From positions 9,680,757-9,744,756 of the forward strand of contig CM119264.1 of NCBI GenBank assembly GCA_051294375.1: a DNA stretch of 64,000 nt, read 5' to 3'. The DNA comes from Paraspadella gotoi (taxonomy: Eukaryota > Animalia > Chaetognatha). The notes below the pieces were generated by a model. That model worked only from the letters and a program-made list of their open reading frames with translations, was not told where the DNA came from and did no database searches. Below are positions 40,461-52,417 of the stretch, one piece after another. The first letter of the stretch is position 1; every line of letters starts with the position of its first letter. Made by a program: the position numbers and the translations under genes.

Positions 40461-42174
40461 CCGTAGCATCCATCTGGAACTCTTGTCTAAAAAAAACTTT
40501 TTTTCCCGCTTTGGTATCTTATCTTTTTATGTTAAAAATTTTCAAAAAAGTAAAATTTTAATGTAACGGATCTTATGAATATTGATAAAAAAATTTATAC
40601 TTCTAGTTTGTAATACGTGCTTGTACGTATTTTGATTTTTGTTCAGAGTTTGTTAAATTTATATTTAATCCTCATTTAAATTTTTTTTATTGTATTTTGA
40701 CTTTCTTTTTGCTATTTAAAATAGTTTAGGATGAACGAAAAATTGTTGTATAGCAATTTTTTATTTTTATGAATTCATTGCTATGAAGACTCGTAACACT
40801 AAGAGTCGAAACATGTACATTAATAAAAATAAAAAATGCTATTACAACGAATTAAACTTTAATCGCTTTTTATGCCATTAATTTTATTCAGTCTTTTTAT
40901 ATACCAAGAAAGGTTTGGAAAATTCAATTTAATAAAAATATTTTTAGAATAATTTATGATTCCGGTCATATAAAATCGTCCAAACCCCCAATCTTTCAAG
41001 AAGATAAATATCCTCTAGAGAGAAGACAATTAAACACGAATCATATTTGATTTTTAAGTTTAGTTACTTGAATTTACTTGTATGAAAGAAAAAAAAATTT
41101 TAATTCACATTTACTGTACTAGGTTAAGATGATTTTGTAGTTTTATATATGGGTACCTTAGTTTTATCAAATTAAATTACTCTGCCTCGCAAGATTATTA
41201 TATTTGACAATTTTTCATACAAAAAATGAACTATTTAAATTTAAAATTCCCTTATATTGTGTTGTTAAAAAAGAAATTCTTGTGAAATGTTGTTACTATT
41301 ATTGCTGCGTGGTTCGCGACGATTTCAGGGGATGGTTATTTTGGTGTGGATATTTCTTTAGCATAATATTTGTGAATTAGTTAATTTAAACATTGTAATA
41401 TACACTTTTTGTTCGTGCTATTTTCGTTAATTTTATCAGAGAAAAGTTGTATAACTAATGACTGCTTTACAATTCATAAAACACGCTAATTTTTTTATAA
41501 CTATTATTTTATGTATTACTCATATTTATAAAAAATTCAAAGTAAAAGAAAACTTTAATAGTATTCGCTTTAAATTTTAAACAAAATAGATTAGATATGG
41601 AGCTTATATACATTTTGAAACTCAAATTTATCTTTACTTTTGCTACGTGATATTACATGCTTAGTTTTTTATTATTCAAGCTTCTGCATTGTTAAAATTA
41701 ATAAGAGATAAACAAGATATATCTTGTTATTGTAAATTTAAATAAGCACTCACAAAAAATAAACATTTATTTAAATTTTTCTTGCCTTGCTTCCCATAGG
41801 TTTTTAAGTCTTTCTGACGCTATCACTATATTTACTAATGTTTAAATCAAGAAACTTACTTCATTAGTTGTTTCTGTCATTTTGATAATATTTTTGAGAA
41901 CTTATTATTCAAAGCACATTTACATGAACCTAATCGTGCAACAGTAATTTTAAGTTAATGTTAATGTTCTTGTGGATAATTTGTTTAAAATTCGTTGGAA
42001 TCACAGTAAGTCATACTTAGAATTAGATTCAATACAATTATCAAGAAAAGTAGTATGTTGAAAAAGGGACAATTTAGAAATGAACTCGCTGACATAATAT
42101 AAAAACTAAAAAACACAACTACTTTCAGTGAGGTGAGACAGAGAGGAGAGAGAGAGGAGAGAGAGAGAGAGAGA

Positions 42175-42213
<39 letters not shown>

Positions 42214-42658
42214 GATCTTAACGATTTTTTATTATTTATTATTAAAGGACGATGGAAATAGCATGGTATTTTATATCTTTTTTAATTAATCAAAATGGCA
42301 AAATTGTAACCGAAAATATTTTCCTATATTTTTACGTTGCTCAATTAGAACACTTTTCTTCTGTATGATTTTTAGTTTATTTGTACAATGTACATAAATG
42401 ACGAGTTTCGATAAGTATTTCTTTTTTTCAGATTTGTTGATTGATTGATTGCCAGTTTAATTAGGTAGCATAGAAATTGTTTAAAAAAAATTAGCTGGAA
42501 GTTACAGATAACGATTTTTTTTAAATAAATTCTATTTACAAAGCGAAAATAAATAAACTTTTTCCAAAATCTAATGATTTGATAAAATGAAAAAAACACA
42601 CATATGACGAAATGTAACATTTTCTCTTCAGTATTTTCTAATGAATTGCATTGTTTCT

Positions 42659-44390
42659 TCAAAAGCCTATGCTGAGGACCCTAACAAGATGAGCAAGAGG
42701 CGAAACAAATGAGCATCAGTCGGTCGAGCATCCGGGCGACGAAACGCACTCGGCGATGTTGCGGGCGCCTTTAGCAGAATTCGACAATGTCGTATCTTCT
42801 CCTTCATTTATCGTCGCTAAGGTCAGATGTTCGTTGCTCGTGGTGTTGACAATCGATGATTAATTTATTTATTTCAGTAGATATATCTATAGATCATTAC
42901 ATTGACTCTTTTAAAAATATTAATATATATATAATATTTATTATAATATTAGTATTACGTACGTAGTATAGAATTTTCAAAACTCACGCAGACGAAATGA
43001 CGGAGAACCGAAGCAAACTTCCTGAGTAGGCGGGGGCCTGACGAGGAAGTGGAGGGTAGGCATCAGGATGAGAAAGTGTGCCAAAAGAGTGCCAGCGTCA
43101 CGAACGCCATGTTGACCGCGTAATAGCCGACAATGGCCACCGCGCCACTTGTGGATTTAAAAAAGTAGTTAATTTTAAAAAAGCAATTCTAAGTAAATTA
43201 TTGTTAAAATAATAGTTGGTAAATAAAAAAAGTGAGTTTACCAGACGGGACGGTGACACAAGAATTGCGAACATCACGATCAACGAGAGAACAAGATGGC
43301 GCCAAAAGGTCGCTTTTTCCGGCATTCTGTAAAAACAGGAGGAAAAAATTTCCAATTTAGTAAAAATAAAGAATATGAAAAAAAAAAAAAAAAACCACTT
43401 TGATTCGTGACGTCGTCTTACCCGCGGGAAGAATGAACAGGCGATAGTTAAAATGGCCGTAGCGACGCCGGGAAAATGAGAAGAACTTGAGAAGAGGAAC
43501 AACTGATAAAATGAAAAGAACTGAGAGGAGGACAACTGATAAATGAGAGAACTTGAGAGGAGGACAACTGATAAAATGAGAAGAACTTGAGAGGAGGACA
43601 ACTGATAAATGAGAAGAACTTGAGAGGAGGACAACTGATAAAATGAGAAGACTTGAGAAGAGGACAACTGATAAAATGTCAGCTCGTAAATTTGTCGAAA
43701 GATTAGAATTAGTACTATGATTCTTGTCCCATTTCATTATTATAGAATTTTTTTCTTTCGTAATTAAAAACACAATTTTTACATATTATACGATGATAAT
43801 TTTTTTATCTGTTATTGATTTGTTTGCACATTAATTTTAATAATCATTATCTTACAGAAATTGAGAAGAAAAATTGTCTAAAGCTCGATCGCAATTCAAA
43901 CCTTGCGTCTAAATTCGAATGCTGTATAGGACGTGTCATCGGTTCGGGACAACTGCACTCGTAGTGAAGAGTGTTCAGTTTCGTTCTCGAAGTGAAAAAA
44001 AAAATATTTTAAAGCATTTTGTGTGTTTATTTATTATATTTTTTCCGAATATTGTTATTAAAATATTGTTTATTATTAGAGCGCTGATGGCGACTAGCAT
44101 ATTAGCCGAAATAAACCAAATTCGTTGTTTTCAAATGCGTTTAATACCAATGCCTTTGTTTCCCATTCCGGATTTTCTTGGAATGCTGCATGTCGACTCT
44201 TGTCCATCAGAGATAATTTCATCTGCATAACAAAAAGTAAGTTCATTAAAAAATGATATCGACTATACTAAGTTACCGAGGGTAGTTTACTTCGTATCCG
44301 GAATACTCAAGCGGCCCATCTTCAAATGGCACCGGTGAGTATCTACGGGATAAAGTCTCAGAGAAGAGCTTCCACACGCCGCCTGGAATT
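42659..44390 (-). pseudogene. nAChR subunit copy 1, 5'-truncated inside the Cys-loop exon and frameshifted
   Basis: Collinear with 49903-51663; ends abruptly at the 44390 junction. Confidence 0.8.
43478..43677. repeat. 34-bp minisatellite x6 (copy in block 1)
   Basis: Unit GAGAAGAACTTGAGAGGAGGACAACTGATAAAAT, with small indels. Confidence 0.9.
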
Positions 44391-44404
44391 CTCTCTCACA
44401 ACAT

Positions 44405-44502
44405 CCATCCACGAACTTAACCTTGAAATCGAGAAACGAAGACTTAATTAAAATTCCGACAAAAAGGAAGATAATTAACTTTTAAATGTAACTATTATAT
44501 CA

Positions 44503-44582
<80 letters not shown>

Positions 44583-44703
44583 ACATTCTTTCTCTTCATT
44601 TTCATCTCATTTACAGCATATATTCATTTTAATGAAGGTATACTTCAGTATAATTAAATATTTTAAGTACGATAAGCTTAAATATAAGTTCTCTCTCTCT
44701 CTC

Positions 44704-44761
<58 letters not shown>

Positions 44762-45018
44762 GTACTTTGTCCACTGGTATAGTTCAATTCAGGTATAAGT
44801 TTACGTTTAGTCAATTCCGTTGGAGGTACAATAATTCAATTTTTGAATGTCAGTTATATAATCTTTAAATTTTGTGGTACCTTCTCCCTAAAATATCGAA
44901 TTTTCCTGAACCGACTCCATGTAAATGGGTAACGAAAACCATCGATGTAAACGCAGGTATGTCGACCGGATCTGATATATCTTCCAACTGAATATTGACT
45001 CCGTCCTCGTTGCTCATG
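44405..45018 (-). pseudogene. Duplicated SULT first exon, first intron and start of exon 2 only
   Basis: Matches 37202-37806; truncated at the tandem junction. Confidence 0.75.
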
Positions 45019-45844
45019 TTGGCAAAAAAAAATCTGGTTTCGTGACGGATTCACTTGCAGTACCATAAAGATACAATGTAGAATAAACTATTTTTTTTTA
45101 AATTATTCGACTTTAATTCGTACTTGATGAAGCTTTCAAACAGGTTTTAATATTTTAAAAACTGGTTTTTGAAAATTTTTAAAATTTCAAAAATTTTAAA
45201 AATCAGTTTTGTGTCTTTCTCCGGCATTATTTTCCCAGAATGCCCCATTTTAATGTTAAAGATTTGGTTATTGAAAAAAGTTAGGGACTTGGTAGTTATA
45301 GCATTAAGGTTTACGGTTAGAGGATAGAGGTTAGGTTAGGTTATGGATTGGTTCATAAGTTTAAAAATATATGGCTTAGTTCTCCAACAATTAGGTTTTC
45401 AAAATGAATCGAGAGACTGTGAAATATGGCTCAAGATGAGTTGTTCTTTTTTCTCTCTTTTCTATATTTAGTTTTCGGCAGCTCCGAACTGAAGGGCGCT
45501 TTCGTAACAAGTCATAATTGGTAAACTTTTTTTGTAAATAGTTTGGATGATTGCAATCTCAAAGTGATTTTTTTCCCTCAAGAAAGGTATAAACACTGCA
45601 GTAGACCAATATATCATCTGACCTAAGAAATAAATTGATAACTAATTAACTTCCCTATCCTTTCAATTCACAGACAGAAGAGCAATGAGGGTCTTCTGCT
45701 GAGTACAAGAATAAACAAACAACTTGGCCGTTCACCCAATTTCACCACCTGTATTTTTCGTTTCATGATGTTTCACGATAACAAATTCTAGTCTCTACTG
45801 TAAAATACAGAAACTTTTCAACGAAGTAGTCGCTTGTTTAGAAA

Positions 45845-47374
45845 ATGTCCGGAGCAGATAAAAGACGGCTCTCGTAAGTTATTGGTTTTTGGCGGTATTT
45901 ATACTTTACTTTGGGCGTTGCTTACATATTCTGGAAATAACGAAAATTCTTTATGCGCAACCAAAGAATATTTTTATACGTAATGTCAAACTCAAATACA
46001 GAAATAAAGATTTAACATGCTTTTCTGGCAACGAGAAGGGTTTCCAAATTTACATGCTTTTGTGTAAAGTGACGTAATATCACTGCGAACTAAATATAAA
46101 TATTAATAAACATTATTAATTAAAGTTTTTGCATTTACTAATTGCCAAAGATATACATACAATTGATTTTGTGGATCGCAGGGCCAAAGGTGAATCTCTC
46201 TATCTACTTCTCGACATTCAAAAAGACGCCGCCCCGGACGAAGTCAAAAAAGCCTACAGAAAAGTCAGTATTCTAAGTTATTCTAAACGTTGTCATAAAC
46301 GAATCTTTATTCGTTTTATCCTAATTTGTTCTAATTGACAGTTGGCGTTAAAACATCATCCGGATAAAAACCCCGACAACCCCGGCGCAGCGGAGAAGGT
46401 TAAAAGTCGTCGTCATTCTTTGTATTTTCTTTGTTATGATCTCAGCAGACTTTTAAAGCTTTAAATTCAATTGATAAAATTGTTTTCGGCTTTAAGCAAA
46501 TTTGATAAACGTGAACAAATGAAAATGATATTTTGTTTTTCATGTAGTTCAAAGAGATCAACCACGCTCATTCAGTATTAAGCGACGAAAAAAAGCGTCG
46601 CATCTACGACGAATACGGAAGCTTTGGTCTCTACGTCGCCGAGCAATTCGGGGACGACAACGTGAACACTTACTTCAGATTGACTAGTCCGTGGTGCAAG
46701 GTAAGGCCATTGAACCAATGAGAGACGTATGACCCATTCATCCTCGCTTTTCCTCTATCCGATATTCAATTTGTATCATTTCCCCTTCAGGCCCTTCTGG
46801 TATTTTGCGGCTGCATCACAGGCTGCTATTTCTGCTGCTGCTGCTTCTGTTGCTGTTTCAACTTTTGCTGCGGCAAGTGCAAGCCGTCTACTCCATACGA
46901 TGACCTCGATCCTCAGTGCGATCCCGATGAAGTACGTTCACAGTTGTCGGTCTCTCTCACTCAACACCCCTCTTTGTCTCAACACCCCATTTTATAGCTT
47001 CATCTTTTTTTAATCACTCCTCTTGGCGTAGCAGGACAACGGTGAAGACGAGGTCGATCCCGGTGTGGTGACGTCACAACCCGAATCGTCGCCGTCTCGA
47101 GAGAAGGGGCCGGTTTTCGCGATGCCCCCTCCACCCACCGCCAACGGTGCTGGTGAGTGGGATGGGGTGGGTGGGTGGGGTCGCTGCGTCGGATGCGAAG
47201 TTTGGTGAAGAACTAAAATAGTTGCGCAGAAAAGACGTCAGTGATGGATCAGTCACAAAAAAAGTGTCAAATGAAATGAAAATTTTGGTTGTTGTTGTCA
47301 TTGTTTGGCTTGTTACTTTTTTTGTTTTGAAGTAAGCGCAGTTTCCCATTGATATTTTCGTAATTATGTTATTA

Positions 47375-47406
<32 letters not shown>

Positions 47407-47680
47407 TATTATTATGTTATATTATATTAGCTGAACAATATTTTTAAAAAATTATACTACTACTGTTTTTTGTTGTTTTTTTTTTACAGCTGATCCATTC
47501 CCTTCGAAAGTAACGGAGAACACGACGTTAAATTCCGATTCTAAAGAGGTCTACGGGGGAACCCTCAATCAGACTGTCACTTCTCAGCCTTCGCCGTCGT
47601 CGTCGCCGACGAAGACGACGACGTCGTTAGCGGAGACGACGACGACGACGACGACATCGTCTTCCGCTGCCGTAGAGTGA
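45845..47680 (+). CDS. DNAJC5: Cysteine string protein (DnaJ homolog subfamily C member 5), intact 7-exon copy
   Basis: Exons 45845-45873, 46182-46263, 46342-46398, 46548-46700, 46791-46931, 47032-47152 and 47490-47680, all GT-AG and in frame. Translation: [10 protein letters not shown]|[27 protein letters not shown]|[19 protein letters not shown]|[51 protein letters not shown]|[32 protein letters not shown]... J-domain HPD, linker and cysteine string are all present. Confidence 0.97.
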
Positions 47681-49388
47681 CGTAGCATCCATCTGGAACT
47701 CTTGTCTAAAAAAAACTTTTTTTCCCCGCTTTGGTATCTTATTCTTTTTTATGTTAAAAATTTCAAAAAAGTCTAAAATTTTAATGTAACGGATCTTATG
47801 AATATGATAAAAAAATTTATACTTCTAGTTTGTAATACGTGCCTTGTACGTATTTTGATTTTTGTTCAGAGTTTGTTAAATTTATATTTAATCCTCATTT
47901 AAAATTTTTTTTATTGTATTTTGACTTTCTTTTTGCTATTTAAAATAGTTTAGAGATGAAACGAAAAATTCGTTGTAATAGCAATTTTTTATTTTTATTG
48001 AATTCATTTGCTGATGAAGACTCGTAACACTAAGAGTCGAAACATGTACATTAATAAAAATAAAAAATTGCTATTACAACGAATTAAACTTTAATCCTTT
48101 TTTATGCCATTAATTTTATTCAGTCTTTTTATATACCAAGAAAGGTTTGGAAAATTCAATTTAATAAAAATATTTTTAGGAATAATTATGATTCCGGTCA
48201 TATAAAATCGTCCAAACCCCCAAATCTTTCAAAAGATGAAATATCCTCTAGAGGAGAAGACAATTAAACACGAATCATATTTGATTTTTAAGTTTAGTTA
48301 CTTGATTTACTTGTATGAAAGAAAAAAAAAATTTTAATTCAACATTTTACTGTATTAGGTATAAGATGATTTTGTAGTTTTATATATGGTGTACCTTAGT
48401 TTTATCAAATTTAAATTACTCTGCCTCGCAAGATTATTATTTTGACAAATTTTCATACAAGAAAATGAACTATTTAAATTTAAAAATTCCCTTATATTGT
48501 GTTGTTAAAAGAAGAAATTCTTGTGAAATGTTGTTACTATTATTGCTGCCGTGTAGTTCGCGACGATTTCAGGGGATGGTTATTTTGGTGTTGGATATTT
48601 CTTTAGCATAATATTTGTGAATTAGTTAATTTAAACATGTATTATATACACTTTTTGTTCGTGCTATTTTCGTTAATTTTATCAGAGAAAAGTGTATAAC
48701 TAATGACTGCTTTACAATTCATAAAACCACGCTAATTTTTTTATAACTATTTTAATTTATGTATTACTCATATTTATAAAAAAATTCAAAGTAAAAGAAA
48801 ACTTTAATAGTATTCGCTTTAAATTTTAAACAAAATAGATTAGATATGGAGCTTATATACATTTTGAAACTCAAATTTATCTTTACTTTTGCTACGTGAT
48901 ATTACATGCTTAGTTTTTTATTATTCAAGCTTCTGCATTGTTAAAATTAATAAGAGATAAACAAGATATATCTTGTTATTTAAATTTAAATAAGCACTCA
49001 AAAATAAACATTTATTTAAATTTTTTCTTTGCCTTGCTTCCCATAGGTTTTTAAGTCTTTCTGACGCTATCACTATATTTACTAATGTTTAAATCAAGAA
49101 AACTTACTTCATAGTTGTTTCTGTCATCCTTTGATAATATTTTTGAGAACTTTATTATTCAAAGCACATTTACATGAACCTAATCGTGCAACAGTAATTT
49201 TAAGTTAATGTTAATGTTCTTGTGGATAATTTGTTTAAGAATTCGTTGGAATCACAGTAAGTCATACTTAGAATTAGATTCAATACAATTTATCAAGAAA
49301 AGTAGTATGTTGAAAAAAGGGACAATTTAGAAATGAACTCGCTGACAATAATATAAAAACTAAAAAACACAAACTACTTTCAGTGAGG

Positions 49389-49456
<68 letters not shown>

Positions 49457-49902
49457 GATCTTAACGATTTTTTTATTATTTATTATTAAAGGACGATGGA
49501 AATAGCATGTATTTTATATCTTTTTTTAATTAATCAAAATGGCAAATTGTAACCGAAAATATTTTCCTATATTTTACGTTGCTCAATTAGAAACACTTTT
49601 CTTCTGTATGATTTTTAGTTTATTTGTACAATGTACATAAATGACCGAGTTTCGATAAGTATTTCTTTTTTTCAGATTTGTTGATTGATTGATTGCCAGT
49701 TTAATTAGGTAGCATAGAAATTGTTTAAAAAAATTAGTGGAAGTTACAGATAACGATTTTTTTTTAAATAAATTCTATTTACAAAGCGAAAATAAATAAA
49801 CTTTTTTCAAAATCTAATTGATTTGATTAAAATGAAAAAAACACACATATGACGAAATGTAACATTTTCTCTTCAGTATTTTCTAATGAATTGCATTGTT
49901 CT

Positions 49903-52417
49903 TCAAAAGCCTATGCTGAGGACCCCTAACAAGATGAGCAAGAGGGCGAAACAAATGAGCATCAGTCGGTCGAGCATCCGGGCGACGAAACGCCACTCGG
50001 CGATGTTGCGGGCGCCTTTAGCAGAATTCGACAATGTCGTATCTTCTCCTTCATTATCGTCGCTAAGGTCCAGATGTTCGTTAGCTGGTGGTGTTGGACA
50101 ATCGATTGATTAATTTATTTATTTCATTAGATATATCTATAGATCATTACATTGACTCTTTTAAAATATTAATATATATATTATATATTTATATAAATAT
50201 TAGTATTACGTACGTATATAGAATTTTCAAAACTCACGCAGACAGGAAATGACGGAGAATCCCGAAGCAAACTTCCTGAGTAGGCGGTGGGGCCTGGACG
50301 AGGAATTGGAAGGGTAGGCCATCAGGATGAGAAAGGTGTGCCAAAAGAGTGCCAGCGTCACGAACGCCATGTTGACCGCGTAATAGCCGACAATGGCCAC
50401 CGCGCCACCTTGTGGGATTTAAAAAAGTAGTTAATTTTAAAAAAGCAATTCTAAGTAAATTATTGTTAAAATAATAGTTGGTAAATAAAAAAAAGTGAGT
50501 TTACCAGACGGGACGGTGACACAAAGAATTGCGAACATCACGATCAACGAGAGAAACAAGATGGCGCCAAAAGTCGCTTTTTCCCGGCATTCTGTAAAAA
50601 CAGGAGGAAAAAAATTCCAATTTTAGTAATAAAAAATGAAAAAAAAAAAAACCACTTTGATTCGTGACGTCGTCTTACCCGCGGGAAGAATGAACATGGC
50701 GATAGTTAAAAATGCCGTAGCGACGCCGGGAAAAATGAGAAGAACTTGAGAAGAGGACAACTGATAAAATGAAAAGAACTTGAGAGGAGGACAACTGATA
50801 AAATGAGAAGAACTTGAGAGGAGGACAACTGATAAAATGAGAAGAACTTGAGAGGAGGACAACTGATAAAATGAGAAGAACTTGAGAGGAGGACAACTGA
50901 TAAAATGAGAAGAACTTGAGAAGAGGACAACTGATAAAATGTCAGCTCGTAAATTTGTCGAAGATTAGAATTAGTACTATGATTCTTGTCCCATTTCATT
51001 ATTATAGAATTTTTTCTTCGTAGATTAAAAACACAATTTTTTACATATTATACGATGATAATTTTTTTATCTGTTATTTGATTTGTTTGCACATTAATTT
51101 TAATAATCATTATCTTACAGAAATTTGAGAAAGAAATTGTCTAAGCTCGATCGCAATTCAAACCTTGCGTCTAAATTCGAATGTGTATAGGACGTGCTCA
51201 TACGGTTCGGGACAGCACTCGTAGTGAAGAGTGTTCAGTTCCGTTCCTCGAAGTGAAAAAAAAAAAATATTTTAAAGCATTTTGTGGTGTTTATTTATTT
51301 ATATTTTTTCCGAATATTGTTATTAAAATATTGTTTTATTATTTAGCGCTGATGGCGACTAGCATATTAGCCGAAAATAAACCAAATTCGTTGTTTTCAA
51401 ATGCGTTTAATTACCAATTGCCTTTGTTTCCCATTCCGGATTTTCTTGGAATGCCTGCATGTCGACCTCTTTGTCCATCAGAGATAATTTCATCTGCATA
51501 ACAAAAAGTAAGTTCATTAAAAAAATGATATCGACTATACTAAGTTACCGAGGGTGAGTTACTTCGTATCCGGAATACGTCCAAGGGCCCATCTTCAAAT
51601 GGCACCGGTGAGTATCTACGGGATAAAGTCTCAGAGAAGAGCTTCCACACGCCGCCTGGAATTTAGCCTAAAGAAGAATGATTAACTTTTTAGACTATTG
51701 AAGGTTTGGGAAAGCGTGAATTAAAAACGTTTTTTACTATTTTCAATTTACTTGAGGAACAAATAAGACTGTTCCGTCGGGTGAAACAACGGCGTTGCTA
51801 TCTTCAATCTCGAAGGGCTCTGCGGCGTTGTAGAGAGTCACATCCGGGATCCAGAGTTTTGAAGAGGGGATTCGCAGCTGTGCGTCATCCGGTAACTTGT
51901 ATTTAGCCGGATCGAAGGAAAGCCTGGAGACAATCATGACACATTGACACATTGCATTGGTGAGAAAAGCTTAAACGGAGTTCCAAAGATATATATAAAA
52001 ACAGTTCAGAACCGAAAGAAAAAAAATGTGTCTGTGGAAAAAAAAGGATGAAAAAAAAACCAGGTAATACAAATGACAATATAAATGAAAAAATAGAGAA
52101 GGAAAAAAATTACAAAGATTAAAGAGTTCACTAATCTATCCTTCTATAACCTCGGGTCTTTCCACATGAGTTTCATCCAAATGTTCCCGGAAAAAGTTCT
52201 TCTTTGGCCAACGTCCACCTCCAAGACGCTATTGAGCGACAACCCCAACGAGACTTCCGTAATGTTCTCCGGTTTGGCGCTGCTGTAAGAGTTTTTCAAA
52301 ACGGCCTGGGCAACGAAACGAATCCATCGAAGATTCATGATGTTCTGCCATCGAGACCAATGACTTCATCGCTTCTCTTACTTTTGTGGCTTCCTCCGTC
52401 GGCCCTCCGCTTGCAGC
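49903..52417 (-). CDS. Divergent nicotinic acetylcholine receptor alpha-type subunit (Cys-loop ligand-gated ion channel), best copy; start codon hidden by N gap
   Basis: Exons about 52344-52151, 51923-51752, 51667-51563, 51493-51415, 51246-51164, 50760-50679, 50591-50505, 50408-50238 and 50084-49903, with phases consistent from 52151 onward. Motifs: NIWMKLMWKDPRL, WIPDVTLYN, CGSSSLRLYPVDTHRC, GPWTYSG, ENPEW, YECCPEPY, FRRK, M1 LLIFPGVATAFLTIAMFILP, M2 REKATFGAILFLSLIVMF, M3 IVGYYAVNMAFV, M4 EWRFVARMLDRLMLICF. Confidence 0.93.
50737..50940. repeat. 34-bp minisatellite x6 overlapping the acceptor of the M1 exon
   Basis: Six clean units. On the minus strand each reads TTTATCAG|TTGTCCTCYTCTCAAGTTCTTCTCAT. 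Confidence 0.95.

Noticed and set aside
50737-50940. CRISPR-like array of 34-bp repeats
   Set aside because: Units are head-to-tail with no spacers, there are no cas genes, and the context is a eukaryotic intron.
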